NCBI RefSeq assembly: GCF_048270245.1
Contig: NZ_JBLWTH010000008.1
Span: 43,839 to 107,838 of the forward strand
DNA: 64,000 nt
Direction: 5' to 3'
DNA from: Kiloniella sp.
Lineage (GTDB): Bacteria; Pseudomonadota; Alphaproteobacteria; Kiloniellales; Kiloniellaceae
The notes under the pieces were generated by a model that was not told the origin of the DNA, did not search any database, and saw nothing but the letters and a program-made list of their open reading frames with translations. Positions within the stretch are counted from its first letter, which is position 1, and every line of letters begins with the position of its first letter. Made by a program: the position numbers and the translations under genes. Below, piece after piece: positions 30,973-41,769 of the stretch.

Positions 30973-32127
30973 ATGTATGTAGCTGTAAAAGGTGGCGAGA
31001 AAGCGATCAAAAACGCACACCGTCTTCTCGCAGAAAAACGACGCGGTCCAAAAGAAATACCTGAACTATCCATTGCACAGATAAAAGAACAGCTCAGCCT
31101 GTCTGTATCCCGTGTCATGGCTGAGGGATCATTGTTTGATGAAGATCTCGCCGCTTTGGCCATCAAGCAGGCTCGTGGAGATTTAATAGAAGCAATCTTC
31201 TTAATTCGTGCCTACAGAACCACCTTACCCCGTCTGGCCTATAGCCTTCCAATCAGAACTGACAAGATGAACGTAGAACGGAGAGTTTCGGCTACCTATA
31301 AAGACTTGCCTGGCGGGCAGATCCTTGGTCCAACCTTTGATTATACTCATCGTCTTCTTGATTTTGATCTGATGGAAGCCTCTGACGATGATCTGTCCGA
31401 AGAAGCTCCGACAGATGCTGAGTGCCTGAAACCTGAGAAAACCACTCAAACATCCGAGACAGGAATGCCAAGGGTCTTGGGGGGGCTTTTAAATAATGAG
31501 GGTCTTATTCAGGCGGAAACTCTACCCGAAAATGAAAAAGAACATCCTGTAGGCGATTTAACCCGCGAACCACTGGAATTTCCTGTGGATCGAGATCAAA
31601 GGTTACAAAATCTTGCCCGGGGAGATGAGGGTTTTATCCTGTCACTTGGTTATTCAACACAACGCGGATACGCTCGAAACCATGCCTTTGTCGGCGAAAT
31701 CAGATTAGGAACTGTTTCAATCGAAATCCAACCACCAGAGTTGGGATTTGCAATTGATATTGGTGATCTGGAAATAACCGAGTGCGAAACAGTTAACCAG
31801 TTTCAGGGTTCAAAAACAGAACCACCACAGTTTACACGCGGATATGGTCTGGTTTTCGGACAAAACGAACGTAAAGCCATTTCAATGGCACTGGTTGATC
31901 GTGCTTTACGTGCCAAGGAAATGGGCGAAGACATCGTCGCCCCGGCTCAGGACGAAGAATTCGTTATGTCCCATAGCGATAATATTCAGGCAACGGGTTT
32001 TGTCGAACATATCAAGCTCCCTCATTACGTAGATTTTCAGGCAGAACTGGGACTGGTCCGTCGCATGCGCGAAGAGCAACAGGACACATCTACACAACAG
32101 TCACAAACACAACAGGCGGCAGAGTAA
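30973..32127 (+). CDS. phnI: C-P lyase subunit PhnI
   Basis: MYVAVKGGEKAI start (ATG 30973, not track start 30904), RRVSATYKDLPGGQILG, HIKLPHYVDFQ. Confidence 0.97.
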   Translation: MYVAVKGGEKAIKNAHRLLAEKRRGPKEIPELSIAQIKEQLSLSVSRVMAEGSLFDEDLAALAIKQARGDLIEAIFLIRAYRTTLPRLAYSLPIRTDKMNVERRVSATYKDLPGGQILGPTFDYTHRLLDFDLMEASDDDLSEEAPTDAECLKPEKTTQTSETGMPRVLGGLLNNEGLIQAETLPENEKEHPVGDLTREPLEFPVDRDQRLQNLARGDEGFILSLGYSTQRGYARNHAFVGEIRLGTVSIEIQPPELGFAIDIGDLEITECETVNQFQGSKTEPPQFTRGYGLVFGQNERKAISMALVDRALRAKEMGEDIVAPAQDEEFVMSHSDNIQATGFVEHIKLPHYVDFQAELGLVRRMREEQQDTSTQQSQTQQAAE

Positions 32128-32131
32128 AACG

Positions 32132-33052
32132 ATGTCTCAAAGTACAACTGCATCGTCCTATAACTACGCATATCTGGACGAACAAACTAAACGCATGATC
32201 CGCCGGACGCTTCTGAAAGCTGTGGCTATTCCGGGGTATCAGGTTCCTTTCGCCGGTCGAGAAATGCCGATGCCTTATGGTTGGGGAACAGGTGGTGTAC
32301 AGGTAACAGCAACCGTCATCGGCCCTTCAGACACATTGAAAGTCATTGACCAGGGCAGCGACGATACAACCAACGCTGTTAGTATCAGGCAGTTTTTTGA
32401 AAAGACTGCAGATATCAACACGACTGAAAAAACCAAGGATGCAACGGTTATCCAAACCCGTCACAGAATTCCCGAAGAAACGCTAACAGAGGGGCAAATT
32501 CTGGTTTATCAGGTGCCAATCCCTGAACCTCTTCGTTTTCTGGAACCCCGAGAAACAGAAACCCGTAAGATGCATGCCTTGGAAGAATACGGTCTTATGC
32601 ACGTCAAGCTATATGAAGACATTTCCCGTCATGGCCATATCGCAACGACCTATGCTTATCCGGTAAAGGTAAATGACCGATATGTCATGGACCCGTCTCC
32701 TACCCCAAAATTCGATAATCCCAAAATGGATAATTGTGCCGCACTTCAACTGTTCGGTGCTGGTCGTGAAAAACGGATTTATGCCATCCCCCCATACACC
32801 AAGGTACAAAGCCTGGATTTTGAAGATCACCCCTTTGAAATTCAATCCTGGGATCAGGACTGTGCTCTCTGCGGATCAACAGATAGCTTCCTGGACGAAG
32901 TCATTCTGGATGATAAAGGTAATCGTATGTTTGTTTGTTCCGACAGCGATTATTGCCAGAGCAGGCAAGATGGTTCCATGCCTTCGTCAGTGGAACACAC
33001 CCTATCGCAAGCTTCCCAGATGCAATCCGTAAATTCAGAGGCATCAAAATGA
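32132..33052 (+). CDS. phnJ: C-P lyase PhnJ (radical SAM-type)
   Basis: GWGTGG, KVIDQGSDD and CALC...CSDSDYC cysteines. Confidence 0.98.
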   Translation: MSQSTTASSYNYAYLDEQTKRMIRRTLLKAVAIPGYQVPFAGREMPMPYGWGTGGVQVTATVIGPSDTLKVIDQGSDDTTNAVSIRQFFEKTADINTTEKTKDATVIQTRHRIPEETLTEGQILVYQVPIPEPLRFLEPRETETRKMHALEEYGLMHVKLYEDISRHGHIATTYAYPVKVNDRYVMDPSPTPKFDNPKMDNCAALQLFGAGREKRIYAIPPYTKVQSLDFEDHPFEIQSWDQDCALCGSTDSFLDEVILDDKGNRMFVCSDSDYCQSRQDGSMPSSVEHTLSQASQMQSVNSEASK

Positions 33053-33852
33053 CTTCCTCAAATCAAACGTTATCACCTGAACAGGCACTCTTAAGTGTAA
33101 AAGACCTGACCATGATGTATGGCAGTCGGATTGGATGCCAGAACATATCATTTGACCTTCGTCCCGGCGAAGTCCTTGGGATTGTTGGTGAGTCCGGATC
33201 AGGAAAATCTACTCTTCTCAACTGTATTTCCGCTCAACTGAAGCCAACCTTTGGTTCCGTTAGCTATCACACCCGTCATGATGGGTCACAGGACCTTTTT
33301 ACTGATATGAGTGAGCCTGAACGCCGCTTTCTAATGCGGACGGATTGGGCTTTTGTTCATCAAAACCCTCGTGATGGCCTTAGAATGGGTGTCAGTGCAG
33401 GTGCCAACATTGGTGAAAGGCTAATGGCCGTTGGCTGGCGTCACTACGGAAACATTCGTGACACTGCGACTGACTGGCTTGGTAAGGTTGAAATATCGAC
33501 AGAACGTCTGGACGATCTTCCGTCGACCTTTTCCGGTGGTATGCAGCAAAGGCTGCAAATTGCACGTAACCTTGTCACCGCCCCTCGCCTGGTTTTTATG
33601 GATGAGCCAACTGGCGGCCTGGATGTTTCGGTACAGGCAAAGCTCCTCGATCTACTGCGTGGTCTTGTGCAAAACCTCGGACTTTCCGTTGTTATTGTCA
33701 CACATGATCTCGCCGTCGCACGGTTATTATCCCACCGCCTCATGGTGATGAAAAACGGACACGTTGTTGAAAGTGGCTTAACGGATCAGGTTCTTGATGA
33801 TCCGCAAGACCCTTACACACAGCTCCTTGTTTCATCGATATTGCAATCTTAA
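33049..33852 (+). CDS. phnK: C-P lyase ABC ATPase PhnK
   Basis: GESGSGKS, FSGGMQQRLQIAR; ATGA overlap with the phnJ stop fixes the start at 33049. Confidence 0.96.
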   Translation: MTSSNQTLSPEQALLSVKDLTMMYGSRIGCQNISFDLRPGEVLGIVGESGSGKSTLLNCISAQLKPTFGSVSYHTRHDGSQDLFTDMSEPERRFLMRTDWAFVHQNPRDGLRMGVSAGANIGERLMAVGWRHYGNIRDTATDWLGKVEISTERLDDLPSTFSGGMQQRLQIARNLVTAPRLVFMDEPTGGLDVSVQAKLLDLLRGLVQNLGLSVVIVTHDLAVARLLSHRLMVMKNGHVVESGLTDQVLDDPQDPYTQLLVSSILQS

Positions 33853-33862
33853 GGACATGAAT

Positions 33863-34558
33863 ATGTCAAAAATGATTAACGTGGAAAATGTCGCAAAACA
33901 TTTTACTCTTCACAATCAGGCAAGCATGACAATCCCAGTATTTGAAGGAATTTCTTTCTTCTTAAATCAGGGTGAATGCGTTGCACTAACCGGTGAATCA
34001 GGTTCAGGTAAGAGTACTTTTATGCGCATGCTTTATGCCAACTACATATGCAACAAAGGAAGTATTCATATCCGCCACAATGATCAACTGGTCGATATTG
34101 TCAAAGCAGATCCACATCAAATTCTGGATGTAAGGAAACGCACCCTTGGTTATGTCAGCCAATTTTTGCGTGTTATTCCCAGAGTTCCAACGATCGAAAT
34201 TGTTGCTGAACCTCTGATTGCTCTCGGACAGGATAAAGAACAGGCCATTACAAAGGCACAAGACATTTTGGCTCGTCTGAGAATACCTGAACGCTTGTGG
34301 AGTTTATCACCCCTGACGTTTTCTGGCGGAGAACAACAGCGGGTCAATATTGCCCGTGGGTTTATCGCAGATTACCCGATCCTGTTACTCGATGAACCAA
34401 CAGCTTCTCTTGATGCCGTCAACAGACAAACCGTTTTGGACCTTATTGAACAGGCGAAAGAAAGAGGGTGCGCTATTTTGGGCATTTTTCACGATCAGGA
34501 AGCCAGAGAAGCGGTTTGTTCCAGAACCTTTGATGTCACCAAATTTCAGAGTGTTTAG
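33863..34558 (+). CDS. phnL: C-P lyase ABC ATPase PhnL
   Basis: KHFTLHNQ, GESGSGKS, YVSQFLRVIPRV, FSGGEQQRVN. Start at 33857 or 33863 after AAGGA. Confidence 0.95.
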   Translation: MSKMINVENVAKHFTLHNQASMTIPVFEGISFFLNQGECVALTGESGSGKSTFMRMLYANYICNKGSIHIRHNDQLVDIVKADPHQILDVRKRTLGYVSQFLRVIPRVPTIEIVAEPLIALGQDKEQAITKAQDILARLRIPERLWSLSPLTFSGGEQQRVNIARGFIADYPILLLDEPTASLDAVNRQTVLDLIEQAKERGCAILGIFHDQEAREAVCSRTFDVTKFQSV

Positions 34559-34560
34559 AG

Positions 34561-35703
34561 ATGAATGAAAAAGTCTTCACGAATGCAAAAGTCGTTCTTG
34601 CGAACGAAGTTGTCCATGGATCTTTAAAGATTGCCAATGGCAAGATTGAAGATATTTCAACAAGAAACACATCCATATCCAGTGCGCTGGATCTTGATGG
34701 CGATCTCTTGCTACCCGGGTTGGTAGAACTACACACCGACAATCTTGAAAAACATATGACCCCTCGTCCCAAGACTGAGTGGCCATCTGTCGCTGCGGTT
34801 GTCAGTCATGACAGTCAAGTTGCCAGTGCAGGGATTACAACTGTCTTTGACGCCATAGCAGTGGGTGATGTGAACGAAGGAAGCAGCCGAGTTAAACGAC
34901 TGGAAGAAATGGTCGGTAGTCTGGTTCATGCCAATCGCGAAAACCTGCTTCGTGCTGATCACCTGATACATTTGAGGTGTGAAGTCAGCTACGCGGATAT
35001 GGCCCCGGCTTTGGATAAGCTATCTAAAAATAATCTGGTTCGGATGTTGTCCGTTATGGATCACACCCCCGGACAAAGACAGTTTGTTTCTCTTGATGCC
35101 TATTACATTTATTATCAGGGAAAATATGGCCTGAGTGATGGAGAAATGGAGAAGTTCATTTCTGACAGGCGACTTGATCAGGAAAAATATAGCCAAAAGA
35201 ACCGCAAATACGTTGTTGGTACAGCCCATGATAATGGATTTGCCCTTGCCAGTCATGATGATGCAACGGAAACACATGTGGAAGAAGCTGTATCTGATGG
35301 TATGACGGTTGCTGAATTTCCAACCACACTCGAAGCAGCCAGAAGTTCACATAATTCGGGCTTGGCCGTTATGATGGGCGGGCCAAATGTGGTTCGGGGG
35401 AAATCCCATTCCGGCAATATCTCCGCAGGTGAGCTAGCTAAAGAAGGGTATCTGGATATTATTTCCAGTGACTACATCCCGCATAGCCTGTTGCATGCCG
35501 CTATGTTGCTCTATGAAGATTTTGACGCCTACGATCTACCTAAATCAATTCAAACGGTGACAAAGACACCAGCAGAACGTGTTGGCTTAACTGACCGGGG
35601 TGAGATTGCCTTGGGAAAACGAGCAGATCTTATTCATGTCCACCACTCGCACCACCACCCTGTTGTCAGGGGGGTATGGCGCGAAGGAAACAGGGTTTCT
35701 TAA
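34561..35703 (+). CDS. phnM: Alpha-D-ribose 1-methylphosphonate 5-triphosphate diphosphatase
   Basis: ELHTDNLE, MDHTPGQRQF, ASHDD, EFP and SSDY. Confidence 0.97.
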   Translation: MNEKVFTNAKVVLANEVVHGSLKIANGKIEDISTRNTSISSALDLDGDLLLPGLVELHTDNLEKHMTPRPKTEWPSVAAVVSHDSQVASAGITTVFDAIAVGDVNEGSSRVKRLEEMVGSLVHANRENLLRADHLIHLRCEVSYADMAPALDKLSKNNLVRMLSVMDHTPGQRQFVSLDAYYIYYQGKYGLSDGEMEKFISDRRLDQEKYSQKNRKYVVGTAHDNGFALASHDDATETHVEEAVSDGMTVAEFPTTLEAARSSHNSGLAVMMGGPNVVRGKSHSGNISAGELAKEGYLDIISSDYIPHSLLHAAMLLYEDFDAYDLPKSIQTVTKTPAERVGLTDRGEIALGKRADLIHVHHSHHHPVVRGVWREGNRVS

Positions 35704-35704
35704 A

Positions 35705-36307
35705 ATGGAAACAGGTTGGCTTTATCTTGTAGTTGGACCTAGCGGTGCAGGCAAAGACACCTTGCTTGATGCCGCTCGTCAACGCTTTGGCAATACAACA
35801 AGCGTTATTTTCCCAAGGAGATCAATCACCCGCCCCACAAATGCTGGCGGTGAAAATCATTTGGGCCTTTCAGTCGAGGAATTTACCCGAAAAAAAAGGG
35901 CGGGTATTTTCGCCCTTTCATGGGATGCACATGATTTGAAGTATGGCATTCCCAGATCTATCAATGACGAATTATCCGAAGGTAAATGTGTTGTTGTCAA
36001 TGTATCCCGAAGTGTTTTAAACGAAGCACGTAACGAGTACCCAAACCTTAGAATAATCTCGATCACAGTCGACCCCGATATTCTTTCGCAACGATTACAC
36101 GCCCGAGGTCGGGAAAGTGAAGCTGACATACAAAAAAGATTGGATCGCGCCAAATCATACCGTGTTCGCGGCGATGACGTGATTGAGATAGATAACAGCG
36201 GGTCACTTGAAAGCGCGATTACAAACTTTGTTATGGCGATCGAAAACCCTTATTTACAGGCCAGCCACCCTTACCGGTATGCTGAATCAGCAACGCTACA
36301 AAGTTAG
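35705..36307 (+). CDS. phnN: Ribose 1,5-bisphosphokinase
   Basis: LVVGPSGAGKDT, RRSITRP, WDAHDLKYGI; start at ATG 35705 just after the phnM stop. Confidence 0.94.
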   Translation: METGWLYLVVGPSGAGKDTLLDAARQRFGNTTSVIFPRRSITRPTNAGGENHLGLSVEEFTRKKRAGIFALSWDAHDLKYGIPRSINDELSEGKCVVVNVSRSVLNEARNEYPNLRIISITVDPDILSQRLHARGRESEADIQKRLDRAKSYRVRGDDVIEIDNSGSLESAITNFVMAIENPYLQASHPYRYAESATLQS

Positions 36308-36317
36308 GCAAAATCAA

Positions 36318-37019
36318 TCAGTCGTCACCTAAAAGTTGGTAACGGGAGATTTCTTCAAATTTCCCGCCTTTTCCAGGGTCGCCAAAAAGGGCAATCTCAT
36401 CAATGACAAAAGGCTCGTCACACAAGTCTTCGCAGTGTTTTTCAAGTAGAGCCTGATATTTGATTAAGTCCATTCCATCAAGCTTGTCACTCAACGTCAG
36501 ATGAAATCGGAACTCTTCCATCACAAAAGGATAGCCCCATCTTTCGAGCAACTCTTCTTGAACAGATGTCAGGCCACCCTGTCGTCTACGATCTAGTTCT
36601 TGCTTACTCGGTGCTAATCTAAAATCATCAAAAGTTCTGATGCATTGCTCTGCAAGACCTGGAATGTGGTTTTCTGGATCATCAGGGACAAGCGCAAGAA
36701 ATTTGCCAATAGATCTTATAGAAAGAGGTCCACAGATAATCGGACGAGCTTTTGTTACAAAGGATTTTAGAGATTTATCTAGCACCTCTAAACTACGATT
36801 TTTCCTTAGCTTAAAGGGTGACCTTAATGTTCCATGAAAAGCATACCGCCCCGCTCCTCGCGTGACATGTTCAATTTCTTGGACAGCCATCCCCTCAACA
36901 TTTGGTCTTGGCATATCTTCATGAGAGACAGGATCATAACCAAACCAGGCATTCCCAAATTGCCCCAATTTACTATCTAATCGCGGTGCATAATAAATGG
37001 CATAGCGTTGATGAACCAT
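36318..37019 (-). CDS. DUF1045 family 2H-phosphoesterase (phosphonate-cluster associated)
   Basis: RYAIYYAP, YAFHGTLRSPF and FRFHLTL (two HxT motifs), WGYPFV. Confidence 0.9.
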   Translation of the reverse strand: MVHQRYAIYYAPRLDSKLGQFGNAWFGYDPVSHEDMPRPNVEGMAVQEIEHVTRGAGRYAFHGTLRSPFKLRKNRSLEVLDKSLKSFVTKARPIICGPLSIRSIGKFLALVPDDPENHIPGLAEQCIRTFDDFRLAPSKQELDRRRQGGLTSVQEELLERWGYPFVMEEFRFHLTLSDKLDGMDLIKYQALLEKHCEDLCDEPFVIDEIALFGDPGKGGKFEEISRYQLLGDD

Positions 37020-37063
37020 GACTTATCCTATAATTCTGTCCCTATAAATTTTACTAATTCTGA

Positions 37064-37708
37064 CTACAGTTCTGGATCATACTTCAAGCAAAATTCATCA
37101 ATCGCAAGCATCCTGAAGTCCTTTAAACGATCTTTTAAAAGGTCATGCGTCCAATCCCACCATTTGATGCGCAAAAGGGCTTCTTGAATAGGCCTCTCAA
37201 AACGTGGACGGATTTCTGCCGCGGGAACGCCGGCAACAATCGAGTAAGGTGCAACATCTTTTGTTACAACCGCTCCGGAACCAATCACAGAGCCAGTACC
37301 AATATGAACACCGCCTTTGACAATTGCGCCGTGGCCAATCCAGACATCATGATCAACACGAACAGGAGAAGAACGACGCCAATCAAAAAAATCCGCGTCA
37401 TCATCCCCCATATCATAGGCCTCACTCCGATATTGGAAGTGATGCATGCTCGCCCGCTCCATAGGATGCTGCCCAGGATTAAGCCGGACAAAAGCGGCAA
37501 TATTCACAAACTTCCCTATCTGGCTATAAATAATATCACTGTTATTCACGACATAGCTATAATCATCAAGTCGGCTTTCAACAATCTTGGTTCCCTCCCC
37601 AACCTCAGTCCACTGCCCCAAATGACTATCCAATACAACAGCGGTATCAGCAATGGTCGGCTGTTCAGAAAGTTGTTTTTTAACATGAGGTTGGGTTTGG
37701 AAATACAT
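37064..37708 (-). CDS. Hexapeptide-repeat acyltransferase associated with phosphonate clusters
   Basis: NPGQHPMERAS.HHF.YR, HDVWIGHGAIV, VVTKDVAPYSIVAGVPA. Confidence 0.9.
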   Translation of the reverse strand: MYFQTQPHVKKQLSEQPTIADTAVVLDSHLGQWTEVGEGTKIVESRLDDYSYVVNNSDIIYSQIGKFVNIAAFVRLNPGQHPMERASMHHFQYRSEAYDMGDDDADFFDWRRSSPVRVDHDVWIGHGAIVKGGVHIGTGSVIGSGAVVTKDVAPYSIVAGVPAAEIRPRFERPIQEALLRIKWWDWTHDLLKDRLKDFRMLAIDEFCLKYDPEL

Positions 37709-37711
37709 CTT

Positions 37712-38518
37712 TTAGATAACCAGTTTTCTTAAGCGTTGTGACAGAATATCGAGAAGGCTGACTGATACGATAATCAAAATGACAACCGCTGCGGTTTCTG
37801 CATAATAGAAGCCACGAATGTTCTCCCATAAGATGGCTCCAATACCACCAGCACCAACAATACCCAGAACTGTTGCTGAACGAACATTTGATTCAAAGCG
37901 ATAGAGTGAATAGGAAATCCAAAGTGGAAGGACCTGTGGGATGACCCCGAAGATTACCTCTTGTAAGCCAGATGCACCAGTTGCTCTTATCCCTTCAACA
38001 GGGCTAGGATCAATAGCCTCTACTGCTTCAGAGAATAATTTTGCAAGAATACCTGTTGTATGTATCCATAAGGCTAGAACACCTGCAAATGGTCCAAGAC
38101 CAACAGCAACAACAAAAAGCATGGCAAAAACCATTTCATTAATTGCACGGGCTGCGTCCATAAGGCGGCGAACAGGTTGAAATACCCACCACGGTACAAT
38201 GTTTTCTGAGCACAAAACGCCCAAAGGTATTGAGCACGCGATACTAAGCGCTGTTCCCCAGATTGCAATCTGAACTGTAATCCAAATTTCTTCGACATAC
38301 ATTTTCCACTGCGACATATCCGGCGGAAAAAAACCAGAGGCAAACTGGCTCATGTTCTCTGCATTATCAATCAGATCCCAAGGCCGCATATCAGCCCCTT
38401 CCCATGACAGCGCAAGTAATGCAAATAAGACAGCCCACATAACGAGGCTACCAATGGACCGCTTCAAATCATGAGCAGGAATTTCGATAGATTTTTGTGT
38501 TTCTGAAAAATTGGACAT
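37712..38518 (-). CDS. phnE: Phosphonate ABC transporter permease
   Basis: [32 protein letters not shown]. Start ATG 38518. Confidence 0.96.
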   Translation of the reverse strand: MSNFSETQKSIEIPAHDLKRSIGSLVMWAVLFALLALSWEGADMRPWDLIDNAENMSQFASGFFPPDMSQWKMYVEEIWITVQIAIWGTALSIACSIPLGVLCSENIVPWWVFQPVRRLMDAARAINEMVFAMLFVVAVGLGPFAGVLALWIHTTGILAKLFSEAVEAIDPSPVEGIRATGASGLQEVIFGVIPQVLPLWISYSLYRFESNVRSATVLGIVGAGGIGAILWENIRGFYYAETAAVVILIIVSVSLLDILSQRLRKLVI

Positions 38519-38567
38519 CGGAAAAAATCTTATATAGATGAAAGAAATAACTATTCTCACTGAACAG

Positions 38568-38598
38568 AAAAACGGTGCTCAATCAGAGCACCGTTTTT
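38568..38598 (-). terminator. Intra-operonic hairpin between phnD and phnE
   Basis: AAAAACGGTGCTC-AATCA-GAGCACCGTTTTT, a perfect 13-bp stem. Confidence 0.7.
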
Positions 38599-38611
38599 GC
38601 AGTTTCGTTGC

Positions 38612-39628
38612 TTATTGTGCAGCAACCAGAACTTTCAAATCAGAAAGCTGATTGTTAATCGCCAATAGCTTTTTCTCTTTATCATCAGCGGACAGGCCTT
38701 CGTTTCCTTCGATTTTTAGCTTATTTTTGAACAGAGCCAGCTGACGCACAGGATACAACTGCGTGTTGTTACTTTCCATAAATAGTCCCTGACCATCAGA
38801 GATCCCACCTAAAACTTCTTTAGCATGGGCAACATCACCAAGACGGCCATAACCAAGGAAGAAGGCTTTGATACGAGATTTAAGTTCTTTGGACATATCT
38901 TTACGATAAACCATTGGATCAGAAGGGATTAATGGAGATGTCCAGATCACTTTTATTTTTGCAGCAGCATCTGGCGCTTTTTTCATAGAGCGACCGATTT
39001 GCTCTGAATTGTTTGCAGCAACATGAACCTGTTTGTTAGCGGTCGCCATCAAGTTTGTTTCGTGATTTGCATTACGAACAGTTTTGAAACACTCTTTTGG
39101 GTCAACGCCATTCTGGGCAAACACATAGTATGAAGGAACTAGGAAGCCAGAGGTAGAGTTCGGATCACCAATACCAAAGTTCAAAGACTTGTCACATTTG
39201 AAGATATCTTCAAGGTTGTTGATATCTTTGTTATCTACATGCGTGATAATATGCGAATAGTAACCTTGACCACCGTCTGCTTTAGATGTCTGTGCGAAAA
39301 CTTCACCACCAGAACGGTCGACAGCTTCGATACCTGATTTGTTACCGAACCATGCAAGATGAACTTTACCAAAACGCATTGCTTCGATCACACCAGCATA
39401 GTCAGGGGCAAAGAAAGGGTTTACTTTCATGCCAAGAGCCGTTTCCAGATCTTTCATCAAAGGAACCCACTGCTCTTTCAGATTAGAAGTTGATTCTGTT
39501 GAAATGATCCCGAAGTTCAATTCTGTCGGATCTTTCTCAAGAGGTTTGTAATTAGTGTCAGCCTGAGCAACACCACCAACAAGTGCTGTTACAGCAACAG
39601 CTGCAGAAGCGATTAATTTGCGAACCAT
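38612..39628 (-). CDS. phnD: Phosphonate ABC transporter substrate-binding protein
   Basis: FGIISTES, DYAGVIEAMRF, GDPNSTSG, IPSDP. Start ATG 39628 after AGGAG. Confidence 0.96.
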   Translation of the reverse strand: MVRKLIASAAVAVTALVGGVAQADTNYKPLEKDPTELNFGIISTESTSNLKEQWVPLMKDLETALGMKVNPFFAPDYAGVIEAMRFGKVHLAWFGNKSGIEAVDRSGGEVFAQTSKADGGQGYYSHIITHVDNKDINNLEDIFKCDKSLNFGIGDPNSTSGFLVPSYYVFAQNGVDPKECFKTVRNANHETNLMATANKQVHVAANNSEQIGRSMKKAPDAAAKIKVIWTSPLIPSDPMVYRKDMSKELKSRIKAFFLGYGRLGDVAHAKEVLGGISDGQGLFMESNNTQLYPVRQLALFKNKLKIEGNEGLSADDKEKKLLAINNQLSDLKVLVAAQ

Positions 39629-39695
39629 TTTACCTGTTCTCCTAGTTTTAAAGTACATAAATGCCAGATGAATGAGGAACTGCAGATCGTAGTCT

Positions 39696-40523
39696 TTAAG
39701 CTACGGCCTGTTCTGGAAGTGATGACACAACAGGTTTTTCCTGTTGTACGGAACCTAGCAATTCCAAACTGTCATCACCGTAAAGTTGTTCGAGAAGTTT
39801 CGGCGTTAAACGCTTTGAATCGCCGTCAAAAATAATTTCACCGTTACGCATCGCAATCGTGCGAGGGCAATAACGAAGAGCATAATCAACCTGATGCAAG
39901 GAAACGAGTACGGTAACACCGTCTTCCTTATTCACATTTTCCAATGTATCCATTACTTTACGGGCAGAGGACGGGTCCAACGAAGCGATAGGCTCATCAG
40001 CTAAAATCACCTCTGCGCCCTGTGTAATGGCTCGGGCAATAGCAGCACGTTGCTGTTGACCGCCGGACAGGGTCGATGAACGCTGCTCAGCAAGATTATC
40101 GATACCAACTCGGGAAAGTGCCTTCATGGCGATCATTTTTTCTTCCCGAGTAAAAAGACCTAGAGTCCCCCGCCACCTTGGAATCTGCCCCAAGAGACCG
40201 ATGAGCACATTCGTCAAAACAGAAAGACGGTTCACCAGATTAAATTGCTGGAATACGACACCAACATCAGAACGCGCAGAACGAACGCCTCGTCCTAGTT
40301 TTCCATTCTCTTGAATAATCTGATCAAGGACTTCGATTTTACTGTTATCGCTGTCACTTTTCATCAATCCGGAAAGATGTCGGATCAAGGTAGATTTACC
40401 AGAACCGGATGCCCCGATAAGGGCAACCATCTCGCCCTTACCAATCTGAAGATCCAGTGAATTAAGAGCCTTTTTGCCCTTTGAGAAGGTCTTACTCAGA
40501 CCTGTAACCTTGATCGCAACCAT
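39696..40523 (-). CDS. phnC: Phosphonate ABC transporter ATPase
   Basis: [38 protein letters not shown]. Confidence 0.96.
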   Translation of the reverse strand: MVAIKVTGLSKTFSKGKKALNSLDLQIGKGEMVALIGASGSGKSTLIRHLSGLMKSDSDNSKIEVLDQIIQENGKLGRGVRSARSDVGVVFQQFNLVNRLSVLTNVLIGLLGQIPRWRGTLGLFTREEKMIAMKALSRVGIDNLAEQRSSTLSGGQQQRAAIARAITQGAEVILADEPIASLDPSSARKVMDTLENVNKEDGVTVLVSLHQVDYALRYCPRTIAMRNGEIIFDGDSKRLTPKLLEQLYGDDSLELLGSVQQEKPVVSSLPEQAVA

Positions 40524-40650
40524 GTAACTTGCACCATAAACGATTGAATGTTTGTTGATGCTAGTCTGCCGCCTTTGAAAGACTCCTGCGTGATGGTTGT
40601 TTTAAGGTTCTGTTAACGTCCTTCTCTTTTCCTGCACAAGAAGGGAAGTT

Positions 40651-40659
40651 TGTCTAGAT
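40651..40659. promoter_or_regulatory. Second putative PhnF site, upstream of phnC
   Basis: TGTCTAGAT, 7/8 match to GTCTAGAC. Confidence 0.4.
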
Positions 40660-40695
40660 GAATTCCGTTCTTTTAAAAAGCACATAAAAGAAGAA

Positions 40696-41769
40696 TCAAT
40701 TTTTCATCTGATAGTAGGAACGCGTTTTCTCGACAAACAACTCTATTGCCTCATCCGAGATATCCATATGAGTAACCAAACGGATTTCCGGGATCTGTGC
40801 TCCAATCAAAATTCCTTCTTCAAGCAAGAAATCACACAGGGCTTGATGATGCCCCTCACCCGGGTTCATGAAGACCATATTCGTTTCAACAGATGATAAA
40901 TCAAGTGAGACCTCTGGAATGGACTGTAACCCCCGGGCTAACTTAGTCGCTTTTTCATGATCTTTTCCAAGTAAAGGAACATTATGTTCCAAGGCATAAA
41001 GACCACAAGAAGCAAGCACCCCGACCTGACGCATACCGCCACCCAAGAGCTTTCGCATACGCTTGGCCCGTTTTATCAGATGCTCAGATCCGCAGAGTAC
41101 TGACCCAACTGGTGCTCCTAGGCCCTTGGAAAGACATATAGAAATTGAATCAACTGGTTCGCACAGTGTTTTTAACGACACATTCAAAGCCGTTGCCGCA
41201 TTGAATATACGTGCACCATCAAGATGAACCCCTAGGTCATTCTCATGTGCGACCGCAGCTAAGGATGCTATACGTTCAAGACTTTGTACACGCCCATTCA
41301 CTGTATTCTCAAGGCACAGTAAGCGGCTGATTGGACAATGAAAATCATCTGGCTTTATCGCCTCCACTACCTGTTGAGGAGTAAGACCACCCGAATTATC
41401 GGTCGGCAAGGGAAAGGGAGAAATCCCGCCGAGTACAGCCGCGCCGCCCGCTTCATCAATGAAGATATGGTATTCATCCCCCGCGATATATTCATCACCA
41501 CGACCGCAGTAACTCAAAAGTGCAGCAAGATTACTTTGAGTACCCGTTGGAAAGAAAAGAGCACTTTCCATCCCCGCCATTTCAGCAAGCTTTCTTTCAA
41601 GCTCTGCTACTGTTGGATCATCATCATAAACATCATCACCTACCCTAGCTTGCGCCATAGCATCGCGCATTCTCTTACTTGGCTTTGTGACAGTATCGCT
41701 GCGAAAATCAGCTATCAGCCCCGAATTCGAGCCAATCTTATTTTTACGATCCAACATACTTGAGTACAT
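40696..41769 (-). CDS. ltaE: Low-specificity L-threonine aldolase
   Basis: DFRSDTVTKP, TGTQSN, LENT, HLDGARIFNA, CLSKGLGAPVGS. Confidence 0.95.
   Translation of the reverse strand: MYSSMLDRKNKIGSNSGLIADFRSDTVTKPSKRMRDAMAQARVGDDVYDDDPTVAELERKLAEMAGMESALFFPTGTQSNLAALLSYCGRGDEYIAGDEYHIFIDEAGGAAVLGGISPFPLPTDNSGGLTPQQVVEAIKPDDFHCPISRLLCLENTVNGRVQSLERIASLAAVAHENDLGVHLDGARIFNAATALNVSLKTLCEPVDSISICLSKGLGAPVGSVLCGSEHLIKRAKRMRKLLGGGMRQVGVLASCGLYALEHNVPLLGKDHEKATKLARGLQSIPEVSLDLSSVETNMVFMNPGEGHHQALCDFLLEEGILIGAQIPEIRLVTHMDISDEAIELFVEKTRSYYQMKN

Noticed and set aside
40575-40620. Pho box upstream of phnC
   Set aside because: An 11-bp periodicity is visible but each heptamer matches CTGTCAT poorly.
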